A model generated the notes under the pieces. That model was not told the DNA's origin, made no database searches, and saw only the letters and a program-made list of their open reading frames with translations. The translations under genes were made by a program, and so were the position numbers. From an uncultured Acidobacteriota bacterium (GTDB taxonomy: Bacteria; Acidobacteriota; Vicinamibacteria; Fen-336), in assembly GCA_963720545.1 (NCBI GenBank), contig OY970399.1, positions 3,744,001 to 3,808,000 on the forward strand: a stretch of DNA of 64,000 nt, given 5' to 3'. Below, piece after piece: positions 22,846 through 31,505 of this stretch. Numbering within the stretch: position 1 is the stretch's first letter; every line of letters starts with the position of its first letter.

Positions 22846-24828
22846 TCAGTGCTGGTTGTTGCGGGGACGCTCGCGCGGCGCGGCGCGCTCGGTGCGCGGC
22901 GCCTGGCGGGGCGGCGGCGGGGCCTGACGCTGCGGCGGTGCCTGCACGGCCGGCCGCGGCTGGTTCTGCGGCGGGCGCTGGCGTGCCTCGGTTTCGTGCG
23001 CGCTGCCGCGCCCGCGCGACCCCTCGCGGCTGGCCTGGGTGTCGCCGCCGAAGCTGCCGCCGCCACGGTTGCGGCCCTCTTCGGCCGGACGGAAGAAGCG
23101 GCGCATCGCCTCGCGTGACGCGTCGTCAGTCTGCTCGCGGCTCCGCACCGGCTCTTGCGGGACGCGCGGAGTGCCGCGGCGCGCTTCCGGAGTGTCGGCC
23201 GCGCCTCGCTGCTCTACCGGACGGCTCCGCCAGACACGCCCGCTCTCGGGAACGCGCACGTCCGGACGCTGCGTCTCGGGACGCTGAGCCTGCGGGCGCT
23301 GCGCCTCTGGACGCTGCGCCTGCGGCCTCTGCGGCTCGCGGTCGTTCGCGCGCCCCGTTTCCTGGCGCGCCTCCGGACGAGTCCGCCAGACGCGCCCTGC
23401 GTTCGGGTCCACCGCGCGGGCGCGCTCGGGAACAGCGCCGCTGCGGCCGCCGGCGTTGGCCGACGCGTTGTCGTTTCGCGAGCGCCCGTCGCGGTTTCCG
23501 GCCGTGCCGATGACCGATGCGCGCGGGTTGATGTGAAGATACTTCGGGTCGTTGCGCAGCTCGGGGACGACGTCGCCCGGGCCGCGGTTGATGCGCGCGA
23601 TGGTGCGCGTCGGCTCGAGCTTGCGGTCGAGGCGCACCGCCGGCGAATCGAACACCTTGAGGTCCGCGACGTTGTCCGGGCGCACCCAGCCGGCGCGTCC
23701 GCGGCGCTGACGGCCGAGGTCGCCGCGATTGGCGTAGGTCCAGTTGGAGCGCGGCGTCGCATGCCCGCGGAAGCGGTCGCGGCCGTTGTTGATGTTGACG
23801 TTCACGTACAGCGGGCGGTCGCGGAAGCCGAGCGCGCACCAGCCGACGTAGCGGTCGTTCACCGCCCACGAAACCCAGGCGGGGGAGAAGCGCCGCCCCG
23901 GAATCCAGTACCAGCCGAGGCGCACCGAGCGGCCCCAGCGGCCATAGTGGAAAGCGGGCCAGCCCCACGACTCGTTCGGCACCCAGGTCCAGCCGTAGTC
24001 GGTCCACACCCAGCCGCCGTCGTTGTAGGGCGTCCATTCGCCGCCGACGCGCGGCCGCCACACATGGCCCACCTCGGCGTCGGCGTACTCCCAGCTGCCG
24101 TTGCGGTCGAAGTCGTCCTCGTAGGGCTGGACCTCCTCGGGCAGGTAATCGCGGCTCGCGCCGTTCGTCACGGTGGCGCGGTCGCGGTCTTCGCTCCAGT
24201 AGTCGAACTCGCTGTCGGCATACGCCGTCTGCACCTCGCCGACCTGGCCGTCGCGCACCGTGATGCGCTCGCCGGCGGTGAGCGAAAGCCTGCGGCCGCC
24301 GGAGTCGAAGCTCGCGTCGCCGTCGATGACGTCGACGCGCGTCTCGTTGGCGTCGATGACGAAGCGGTAGCGGCCGTCCTGCGCCACGTCGGCGATGCCG
24401 TCGGGAGTGGTGATCGTGAACTGCAGCGAGTCGCCGCGGGTGCGGCGCAGGATGGCGCCGCCGGACCACATCTTGAGGACGACCCGGCTGCCTTCGATGT
24501 TGTCGTAATCGAGCTTGGAACGGCTGTCGAGGCGCAGGATGCTGCCATCGGAGAACTGCACTTCGACGCGCCCGCTGGCCTGCGTCCATAGCCGGTCGCC
24601 GGGCAGGAACGGGCTGTTGGCGCGCGCCTCCTCGGAGCCGGTGTCGCTGGCGCGCTGCAGGACGACGCTGCCTTCCAGGTAGCGCAGCCGCGCGGGTGCG
24701 CGGTCGTCGTACTGCTGGTCGTTCTGCTGCTCGCCATAAGCGGCAGGGTCGTCCTGCTGCTGGGCAAGCGCTGGCACGACCGCCGCGGCCAGGATGGCTG
24801 CGCCGAGGATCAGGGTCGTCGTCTTCAT
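22846..24828 (-). CDS. exported FecR-like + DUF6600 (Trp-rich) protein with long disordered Arg/Pro/Gln tail
   Basis: Signal peptide, ARLRYLEGSV..GDRLWT..RVEVQF, then W-rich WRPRV..WTPYNDGGWVW..WGWPAFHYGRW..PAWVSW. Confidence 0.8.
   Translation of the reverse strand: MKTTTLILGAAILAAAVVPALAQQQDDPAAYGEQQNDQQYDDRAPARLRYLEGSVVLQRASDTGSEEARANSPFLPGDRLWTQASGRVEVQFSDGSILRLDSRSKLDYDNIEGSRVVLKMWSGGAILRRTRGDSLQFTITTPDGIADVAQDGRYRFVIDANETRVDVIDGDASFDSGGRRLSLTAGERITVRDGQVGEVQTAYADSEFDYWSEDRDRATVTNGASRDYLPEEVQPYEDDFDRNGSWEYADAEVGHVWRPRVGGEWTPYNDGGWVWTDYGWTWVPNESWGWPAFHYGRWGRSVRLGWYWIPGRRFSPAWVSWAVNDRYVGWCALGFRDRPLYVNVNINNGRDRFRGHATPRSNWTYANRGDLGRQRRGRAGWVRPDNVADLKVFDSPAVRLDRKLEPTRTIARINRGPGDVVPELRNDPKYLHINPRASVIGTAGNRDGRSRNDNASANAGGRSGAVPERARAVDPNAGRVWRTRPEARQETGRANDREPQRPQAQRPEAQRPQAQRPETQRPDVRVPESGRVWRSRPVEQRGAADTPEARRGTPRVPQEPVRSREQTDDASREAMRRFFRPAEEGRNRGGGSFGGDTQASREGSRGRGSAHETEARQRPPQNQPRPAVQAPPQRQAPPPPRQAPRTERAAPRERPRNNQH
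23264..23338 (-). repeat. five imperfect 15-bp tandem repeats encoding QRP(Q/E)(A/T) units
   Basis: Units at 23264, 23279, 23294, 23309, 23324 (e.g. ggacgctgcgcctgc); protein EPQRPQAQRPEAQRPQAQRPETQRP. Confidence 0.8.
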
Positions 24829-24860
24829 GGCCGAGACTCCCATTCTTTAGTCTTGAGTTG

Positions 24861-24877
24861 AGCAAGGATCGTGCCCC
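24861..24877 (-). promoter_or_regulatory. sigma54 (-24/-12) promoter for the FecR/DUF6600 gene
   Basis: Minus strand GGGGCACGATCCTTGCT: GG-N10-GC, matches TGGCAC-N5-TTGCW except the first T; 32 nt upstream of ATG. Confidence 0.75.
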
Positions 24878-24960
24878 CGGCGCTCACCCCGTTAGTCGGC
24901 TGCAATCAGCAGGATACGCGGACCCACCGACGCGCCCGCCTGTCCGCAAAGGGGTCCAGG

Positions 24961-24989
24961 TTGTCCCCTCAGGACACGGCTGTTAACAT
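24961..24989 (+). promoter_or_regulatory. sigma70-type promoter for tRNA-Leu, overlapped by palindrome TGTCC-N5-GGACA
   Basis: TTGTCC-N17-TAACAT with extended TG; perfect inverted repeat at 24962-24976. Confidence 0.65.
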
Positions 24990-25013
24990 CACGTCCTCGC
25001 CCCTTTTTGAAGC

Positions 25014-25100
25014 GCCGGAGTGGCGGAATTGGCAGACGCGCACGGTTCAGGGCCGTGTTCGCTTCGGCGAGTGTGGGTTCAAGTCCCACCTCCGGCACCA
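25014..25100 (+). tRNA. tRNA-Leu (anticodon CAG)
   Basis: Acceptor stem GCCGGAG/CTCCGGC, anticodon arm CACGG-TTCAGGG-CCGTG, long variable arm, GGTTCAAGTCC, encoded CCA. Confidence 0.97.
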
Positions 25101-25198
25101 ACTAACGGTCACGAGTATTGCTCACTGACGCACCCCCGATCGGGGTGCCGCGCGGCCGGACGTCGCTTGACGCCGGCGCGCCTCAACTGTTTTTCGAA

Positions 25199-27331
25199 AT
25201 GACTGAAAAGAACACAAACCGCGTGAACGTCGTCACTGGACGGCTTTCATGCAATCCCGCCGGCTACGGTTTCGTCCAGCCGGACGCCGCAACCGACCGC
25301 AACAACAACGTCTATGTCACCGCCGCCAACATGGGCGAGGCGCTGCACGGCGACCGCGTGGTGGCGCGCGTCGAGCGCCGCACCGACAAAGGGCTAGAAG
25401 GCCGCATCGAGAGGGTCGTCGAACGGGCCACGACGCGCATCGTCGGCCGCTTCGAGAAAGACGGCAGCGCGCGCGGGCACGTCGTGCCCTTCGACACGCG
25501 CATCCTGCACAACGTCGAAATTGCCTCGGGCGACGTCGGCGGAGCGGAGCATGGACTGATGGTCCTGGCCGAGATCACCCGGCCGCCGTCGGCACACCGC
25601 AACCCGGCGGGCCGGGTCCTCGAGGTCCTCGGCCGGCTCGAGGACAAGGGCGTCGACGTCAAGGTGATCCTGGCGAAGTACCAGCTGGCACCCGCGTTCC
25701 CGCAGGACGTCGAGCGCGAAGCGGCCTCGGTGCCCACCGCGGTGAGCGCCGCAGAAGCCGCGAGCCGCACCGACTTCCGGCCGTGGACGACAGTTACGGT
25801 CGACCCGGAAACCGCGCGCGACCACGACGACGCCATCAGCCTCGCACGCCTGCCTGGCGGCGGGTACCTGCTGGCGGTGCACATCGCCGACGTCGCCCAC
25901 TACGTGCGCCCCGGCAGCGCGATCGACCGCGAAGCGTACCAGCGCGGCACCTCGGTCTACTTTCCGGACCTGGTGGTGCCGATGCTGCCGCACCCGCTCT
26001 CGAGCCGCATCTGCAGCCTGGTGGAAGGCGAGGACCGCCTCACGCAGACCGTGGTGCTGCACCTCGATGCGGCGGGTGCTGTGCAGCGCACCGAATTCCA
26101 CGACGGGGTCATCCGCAGTGCCGCGCGCATGAGCTACCAGCAGGTGCAGGCGATCGTCGACGGCGACGCCACGCTGCGCGAGCGTTACAGCGGACAGGCC
26201 GATTTGTTCCTGCTGATGGACGAACTCGCCAAAATCCTGCGCCGGCGACGCCACGACCGCGGCTCGCTCGACTTCGACGTGCCCGAGCCGAAGCTCGTGC
26301 TCGACGCGGGCGGAGAGATGACCGGCATCGTCGCGCTCGAGCGCCTCGACAGCATGCGCGTGATCGAGGAGTTCATGCTGGCGGCGAACGAGGCGGTCGC
26401 CGAGAAGCTCGACAAGGCCCATGCGCCGGCGCTCTACCGCATTCACGAGCGGCCCGATCCCGAGCGCGTGGAGGAGTTCGCCGACCTGGTGGCGTCGTTC
26501 GGCTACAAGCTGCCGCCGAAGATCGAGCAGATGACCCCCGAGGATTTCCAGAAGGTGTTGCGCCAGGCCGAGGGCAAGCCCGAGCACAAGCTCATCTCGT
26601 ACCTGCTGCTGCGCACAATGAAGCTCGCACGGTACGACGAGAAGAACCAGGGGCACTTCGGCCTGGCGACCGAGAACTATGCGCACTTCACGAGCCCGAT
26701 CCGGCGCTATCCCGACCTCGTCGTGCACCGCGCGCTGCGCGCCTTGCGCCACGGCGGGAAGCGCGCGCCGGCGGCACTGCCCATGGCGGAAATGGGGCTG
26801 CACCTCTCGGAGCGCGAACGCCTGGCGACCGATGCCGAGCGCGAGCTGATCGAGTGGAAGAAAGTGCGCTTCATGGCCGGCAAGGTGGGCGAGCGCTTCC
26901 ACGGTGTCATCACCGGCGTGCAGTCGTTCGGCCTGTTCGTCGAGCTCGACGAGTTCTACGTGCAGGGCCTCGTGCACGTCTCGACCATGAGCGACGACTT
27001 CTACCAATTCGACGAGCGCGCGCACCTGTTGCGCGGCGGCAACCGCGGCGCCACGTACCGCATGGGCGACCGCACCCTCATCCAGGTGGCGCGGGTGGAC
27101 CAGGACCGGCGGCAGATCGATTTCATGCTGGTCGGAATGCCTGCGCCCGGTCGCCAGGCGGCTGCCGGGCGCAAGCGCCAGGGCGCGTCCGCGCCAGCGG
27201 CGGCTGTCTCGAGGCACCGCGGCGAAGCGCCGCGCGGGCGCAAGCGCGAGCCCGCACGGGCCCGCAAGGGCGGTGGCCACCAGGGCCGGGAGAAGAGCCG
27301 CGATCGCCAACGTGGCCGCGGCCGGCGGTGA
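25199..27331 (+). CDS. rnr: ribonuclease R
   Basis: GYGFV CSD, TVDPETARDHDDA, RGTSVYFP, HFTSPIRRYPDL, S1 domain, basic C-tail. Confidence 0.95.
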   Translation: MTEKNTNRVNVVTGRLSCNPAGYGFVQPDAATDRNNNVYVTAANMGEALHGDRVVARVERRTDKGLEGRIERVVERATTRIVGRFEKDGSARGHVVPFDTRILHNVEIASGDVGGAEHGLMVLAEITRPPSAHRNPAGRVLEVLGRLEDKGVDVKVILAKYQLAPAFPQDVEREAASVPTAVSAAEAASRTDFRPWTTVTVDPETARDHDDAISLARLPGGGYLLAVHIADVAHYVRPGSAIDREAYQRGTSVYFPDLVVPMLPHPLSSRICSLVEGEDRLTQTVVLHLDAAGAVQRTEFHDGVIRSAARMSYQQVQAIVDGDATLRERYSGQADLFLLMDELAKILRRRRHDRGSLDFDVPEPKLVLDAGGEMTGIVALERLDSMRVIEEFMLAANEAVAEKLDKAHAPALYRIHERPDPERVEEFADLVASFGYKLPPKIEQMTPEDFQKVLRQAEGKPEHKLISYLLLRTMKLARYDEKNQGHFGLATENYAHFTSPIRRYPDLVVHRALRALRHGGKRAPAALPMAEMGLHLSERERLATDAERELIEWKKVRFMAGKVGERFHGVITGVQSFGLFVELDEFYVQGLVHVSTMSDDFYQFDERAHLLRGGNRGATYRMGDRTLIQVARVDQDRRQIDFMLVGMPAPGRQAAAGRKRQGASAPAAAVSRHRGEAPRGRKREPARARKGGGHQGREKSRDRQRGRGRR

Positions 27332-27455
27332 GAATCGTTCGCAGAACAGCGCGCGCCGCGCTGCTTCGTCCCGGCGCTCTCCTGAGGTACGATCCGCTTC
27401 ACTCATTCCGCCGGTGCAGCAAGACCCCTTTTTCCTCCCGCGAGGAAGGCAGCTA

Positions 27456-27821
27456 ATGACCGACGTGCGCAGCGTGACTTTGAACCTGATGAGCCGGGAA
27501 CTCATCTTCCTTCAGAAAGTCACCCGGCAGGAATATCACTTCATCACCGACGAGGAGCAGGAAGCGCGCCTGCGCATCCGCGACAAGCTGCAAGAGGGCT
27601 TCTTCGACCAGCGCGAGAACCGCATCGTCCTCAACCTGACGCGCGACGAGCTGCTCTTCCTCATCAAGGTGGCGCGCGAGAACTACTCGTTCGTGGTGCG
27701 CGCCGAGAAGGAAGCGCGGCTGGCGCTCGCCGCCAAGCTCCACAAGACCGCCGAGCAGGTGTTCGGCGGCACCGGCACGCCGCCGACCCCGCCGCCCTCG
27801 GCCAGCCGCCGCGAGGACTAG
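27456..27821 (+). CDS. hypothetical 121-aa protein made of two 50-aa internal repeats
   Basis: SD GAGGAAGG, strong GC3 codon bias; repeats LNL..EL.FL.KV.R..Y.F....E.EARL....KL. Confidence 0.85.
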   Translation: MTDVRSVTLNLMSRELIFLQKVTRQEYHFITDEEQEARLRIRDKLQEGFFDQRENRIVLNLTRDELLFLIKVARENYSFVVRAEKEARLALAAKLHKTAEQVFGGTGTPPTPPPSASRRED

Positions 27822-27827
27822 CCGCAG

Positions 27828-29732
27828 ATTCGTTCCCGTCCCGTAATCGTCGGCACGGCAGGCCACATCGACCACGGCAAGACCGCCCTGGTTGCCGCGC
27901 TCACGGGTACCGACCCCGACCGGCTCAAGGAAGAGAAAGAGCGCGGCATCACCACCGACCTCGGGTTCGCCCACGGCGTCCTGCCCTCGGGCCGGTTGGC
28001 TTCCTTCATCGACGTGCCGGGTCATGAGCGGTTCGTCCGGCACATGCTCGCGGGCGCCCACGGCATCGACGCGGTGGCGCTGATCGTGGCCGCCGACGAG
28101 GGAGTGATGCCGCAGACCCGCGAGCACCTCGCGATCTGCACGCTGCTCGGCATCGAACGCGGTGTCGTGGTGCTCACCAAGGCCGACCTGGCGGACGCGG
28201 ACACGCTGCGCATCACGGCAGCGGCGGTTGCGGAGCTCGTGGCAGGCACAGCGTTGGCGGTCGCACCGGTGGTGGCGGTCTCCGCGCGCAGCGGCTCCGG
28301 GCTCGACGAGCTGCGCGGCGCGCTCGACCTTTTGGCCGAGGCGCTTCCGGAACGCGATGCCGGCGGCCTGCTGCGACTGCCGATCGACAGGGTGTTCTCG
28401 ATTCGTGGCTTCGGCACGGTCGTCACCGGCACCCTGCGCGGCGGCACGCTGCGCGTCGGCGACACGATTACGGCGCTGCCGGGCGGGCGCACTTCGCGGG
28501 TGCGCGGCCTCGAGGTGCATGGCGGGCCGGTGGCGGAGGCGGCGGCTGGCACGCGCGTTGCGGTCAACCTGACCGACCTCGCCGTGGACGAACTGGCGCG
28601 TGGCCAGGTGCTCGGCTCCGCGGGAGCGCTGGTGGCGACGTCGATGTGCGACGTGCTGGTGAGCGTTCTGGGCGACGCGGCACCGCTTCGAGCCGACGAA
28701 CGCGTGCGGGTGCATGCCGGCAGCGCCGAGCGACTGGCGCGCGTGCGCCTGCTTGGGGCCGAGAGCATCGGGGCGGGCGAAAGCGGGGTGGCGCAGTTGC
28801 GCCTCGAGCTGCCGGCGGTGATGGCGCGCGGCGATCGGCTGGTGATGCGCCGCTACTCGCCGGCAGCGACGATCGCGGGTGCGAGAGTGCTCGACCCGCT
28901 GCCCCCGAAACGCAGTGCGCGCGACAGGCCGTGGCTGGTGCGCGCCGCGGCGCTCGCCGAGGATGACGTCGCGGGTGCGGTTTGCCTGATGCTCGAGGAG
29001 GCGGGCGGCGCCGGGCGGCCGCTGGACGACCTGGCGGCGGCCACCGGACGCCCGGTCGCGGGGCTCGAAACCATGACCGCGAACCGGGCGGAGGTGGTTC
29101 GCGCCGGCCGCCGCCTGGTCGCCGCGACCGCCTTCGCAGCCGTGACCGCCAGGGCGACCGCAGCCCTCGAGGCGTTCCACGCGTCGTCGCCGCTCGCCGC
29201 CGGCATGCCGCGCAGGGAGCTGGCGCGCGCCGTGCAACTGCCCGCGGACGGGGAGGTGTTTGCGGCCGTACTCGCGGCTCTCGATGCCGCCGGGGTGGTG
29301 GCGAAGGAGGGCGAACGCCTGCGCCTTGCCGGCCACTCGGTGCGGTTTTCGGCGCCGGAGGAGCGCCTCCGCGGGCTCATCGAGGCGGCGGCCACCGCCG
29401 CCGGGCTGCGCGGGATCACCCGGGCGGAGCTCCTGGCGGTGGATCCAGATCACACCGCCGTAGAACGGGTATCGCAGGCGATGCGCGTTAAGGGTACGCT
29501 TCGTCCTGTCGGCAACGACGCGCTGGTGCACTGCGCGCCGCTCGAATCGCTGAAGGCCGCCGTCAGGCGGAATGTTCGCGTGGGTGGGAAGCTGGACGTG
29601 GCGGAGCTAAAAGAAATGACTGGACTGAGCCGCAAGTACGCGATCCCGCTCCTCGAGTTCCTCGACCGCGAGCGCGTGACTCGGCGGGTCGGCGCCGAGC
29701 GCTTCGTGCTTGGCGCGGGTTTGGTGGACTGA
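27828..29732 (+). CDS. selB: selenocysteine-specific translation elongation factor SelB; apparent ATT start
   Basis: [47 protein letters not shown]-terminal WH4 [14 protein letters not shown]; 634 aa from ATT27828. Confidence 0.93.
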   Translation: MRSRPVIVGTAGHIDHGKTALVAALTGTDPDRLKEEKERGITTDLGFAHGVLPSGRLASFIDVPGHERFVRHMLAGAHGIDAVALIVAADEGVMPQTREHLAICTLLGIERGVVVLTKADLADADTLRITAAAVAELVAGTALAVAPVVAVSARSGSGLDELRGALDLLAEALPERDAGGLLRLPIDRVFSIRGFGTVVTGTLRGGTLRVGDTITALPGGRTSRVRGLEVHGGPVAEAAAGTRVAVNLTDLAVDELARGQVLGSAGALVATSMCDVLVSVLGDAAPLRADERVRVHAGSAERLARVRLLGAESIGAGESGVAQLRLELPAVMARGDRLVMRRYSPAATIAGARVLDPLPPKRSARDRPWLVRAAALAEDDVAGAVCLMLEEAGGAGRPLDDLAAATGRPVAGLETMTANRAEVVRAGRRLVAATAFAAVTARATAALEAFHASSPLAAGMPRRELARAVQLPADGEVFAAVLAALDAAGVVAKEGERLRLAGHSVRFSAPEERLRGLIEAAATAAGLRGITRAELLAVDPDHTAVERVSQAMRVKGTLRPVGNDALVHCAPLESLKAAVRRNVRVGGKLDVAELKEMTGLSRKYAIPLLEFLDRERVTRRVGAERFVLGAGLVD

Positions 29733-30094
29733 TGGCGAGGGCACGGTCCGACCGGCGCATCCCCTCGACCCGCATCCCGTTCCCGGCGCCTTGCAGCGTC
29801 ACGCTGCCGAACGGCACGACGCGCGAGCTGTCGCTCGTGAACCTCAACATGATCGGCGCCTACGTCGCGGGCACCAATGCGCCGACTCTCGGCGAGCGCG
29901 TCGCGCTGCGCTTCCGGCTGCCCGACGGCGAGTCGGACATGACGCTGTCGGCGATCGTCATGTGGGTGAAGACCGATACCGCCGGTGGCCCCGATGCGCC
30001 GCCGGGGTTCGGCCTGCAATTCGTCGGCTCGAGCCTCGAGGAGAGCGCCCTGCTGGCGCGCTTCGTCGAGCAGAACCTGAGCGCCGTCGAATAA
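29732..30094 (+). CDS. PilZ-like domain protein (degenerate motifs)
   Basis: RRIPSTR, NLNMIG, V.LRFRLP, GFGLQF; TGATG overlap with selB. Confidence 0.75.
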   Translation: MARARSDRRIPSTRIPFPAPCSVTLPNGTTRELSLVNLNMIGAYVAGTNAPTLGERVALRFRLPDGESDMTLSAIVMWVKTDTAGGPDAPPGFGLQFVGSSLEESALLARFVEQNLSAVE

Positions 30095-30125
30095 CGGCCG
30101 GCGCCCCGCGCCGCTTTCCGGTCGC

Positions 30126-31505
30126 TCAGACGAACAGGCTGATCGGGTTTTCCAGCAGGCGGCGGACCTCGCGCAGGAACTCCGCCGCGAGCGCGCCGTC
30201 GATGACGCGGTGATCGGAGCTGAGCGTCACCTTCATGCGGCTGCCGGGGCGGACCTGGTCCGTGTCCCGGTCCACCACCGGCACGCGGCGGATGCCGCCG
30301 ATCGCGAGGATGGCGCTGCCCGGCGGGTTGATGATCGCGGTGAACTCGGCGACGTCGTACATGCCGAGGTTGGAAATGGTGAAGGTCGCGCCGGTGTAGT
30401 CCTCGGGCTTCAGCTTCTTGTCGCGGGCGCGGCCGGCGAGCGCGCGGATCTCGGTGGAAATGTCGAGGACACTCTTGGTGTCGGCCGCGCGGATCACCGG
30501 CGTGATGAGGCCGTCGGGCAGCGACACCGCGACACCGATGTCAGCCTGCGCCGCGGTGACGATCTGTTCGTCGCTCCATGAGGCGTTGACCAGGGGAAAG
30601 CTGCGCAGCGCCAGCGCGCAGGCGCGCACGATGAGCGCGTCGTAGGCAAGCTTCAAGTCCTCGGCGCGCGCCAGCTGCTCGCGCAGGCTGACCGCGGCGT
30701 CCATGTCGATGTCGACCGTGACGTAGAAGTGCGGTGCCGTGAAGGCGCTCTCCGCCAGCCGCCGGGCGATCGTCTTGCGCATGCTGGTGTGGGGGATCGC
30801 GGTTCCCGGAACGATGGTGGGCGCGGCCGGCCGCGGCGCCGGCTTCGCGGCCTGCGCGCCAGCTCCCGCGGGCGCTGCCGCGGTGCTTGCGCGCGGCGCG
30901 GCAGCGAACGCCTCGACGTCCTTTTTCGTGATGCGGCCGCCCGGACCGCTGCCATTGATGCGGTCGAGCGCCAGGTTGCGCTCGGCGGCGATCGCGCGCG
31001 CCAGCGGGCTCGCTTTCACCCGTTCGCCTGCCGCACGCGGCGGCGCCTGTGCCGGCGGTGGAGCGGGCGCCGCGGGCGTGCCAGCCTGAGGCGCCGGTTG
31101 CGGGCGCGGCGCGGCAGTTGCCACTTCGCCTTGCGCGGGAACGGCGGGCTTTTCAGGCAAGGGTGCGGCCGCGGGCGGCTGGGAGTCGGAAGGCGGAGCG
31201 GCTGCCTCCGCCGTGGCCGGCACCGGCGCCGCGGCGGCAGACGCGACCATCGCCGCGATGTCCTCGTCAGCGTCGGCGATCACGCCGATGAGCGCACCCA
31301 CCGGCGCCTTGCCGCCGGCCGCCACCAGGATCTTGCGCAGGATGCCGGCGCCCATGGCTTCCATCTCCATGTTGGCCTTGTCGGTCTCGATCTCGGCAAG
31401 CACGTCGCCGACCTTGACCGCGTCGCCCTCGTTCTTCGACCACTTGACGATGGTGCCTTCCTCCATCGTCGGCGACAGCTTGGCGAGCACCACCTTCGAG
31501 ATCAT
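30126..31505 (-). CDS. pdhC: pyruvate dehydrogenase E2, dihydrolipoamide acetyltransferase
   Basis: LSPTMEEG, ETDKA lipoyl site, ASPLAR E3-binding, SDHRVIDG. Confidence 0.96.
   Translation of the reverse strand: MISKVVLAKLSPTMEEGTIVKWSKNEGDAVKVGDVLAEIETDKANMEMEAMGAGILRKILVAAGGKAPVGALIGVIADADEDIAAMVASAAAAPVPATAEAAAPPSDSQPPAAAPLPEKPAVPAQGEVATAAPRPQPAPQAGTPAAPAPPPAQAPPRAAGERVKASPLARAIAAERNLALDRINGSGPGGRITKKDVEAFAAAPRASTAAAPAGAGAQAAKPAPRPAAPTIVPGTAIPHTSMRKTIARRLAESAFTAPHFYVTVDIDMDAAVSLREQLARAEDLKLAYDALIVRACALALRSFPLVNASWSDEQIVTAAQADIGVAVSLPDGLITPVIRAADTKSVLDISTEIRALAGRARDKKLKPEDYTGATFTISNLGMYDVAEFTAIINPPGSAILAIGGIRRVPVVDRDTDQVRPGSRMKVTLSSDHRVIDGALAAEFLREVRRLLENPISLFV

Noticed and set aside
23264..23338. 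Short repeats as CRISPR or a non-coding array
   Set aside because: Contiguous 15-bp in-frame coding repeats with no spacers and no cas genes.
25014..25200. tRNA-Leu as an integration site for an island
   Set aside because: No integrase and no duplicated tRNA 3' end seen; housekeeping genes on both sides.
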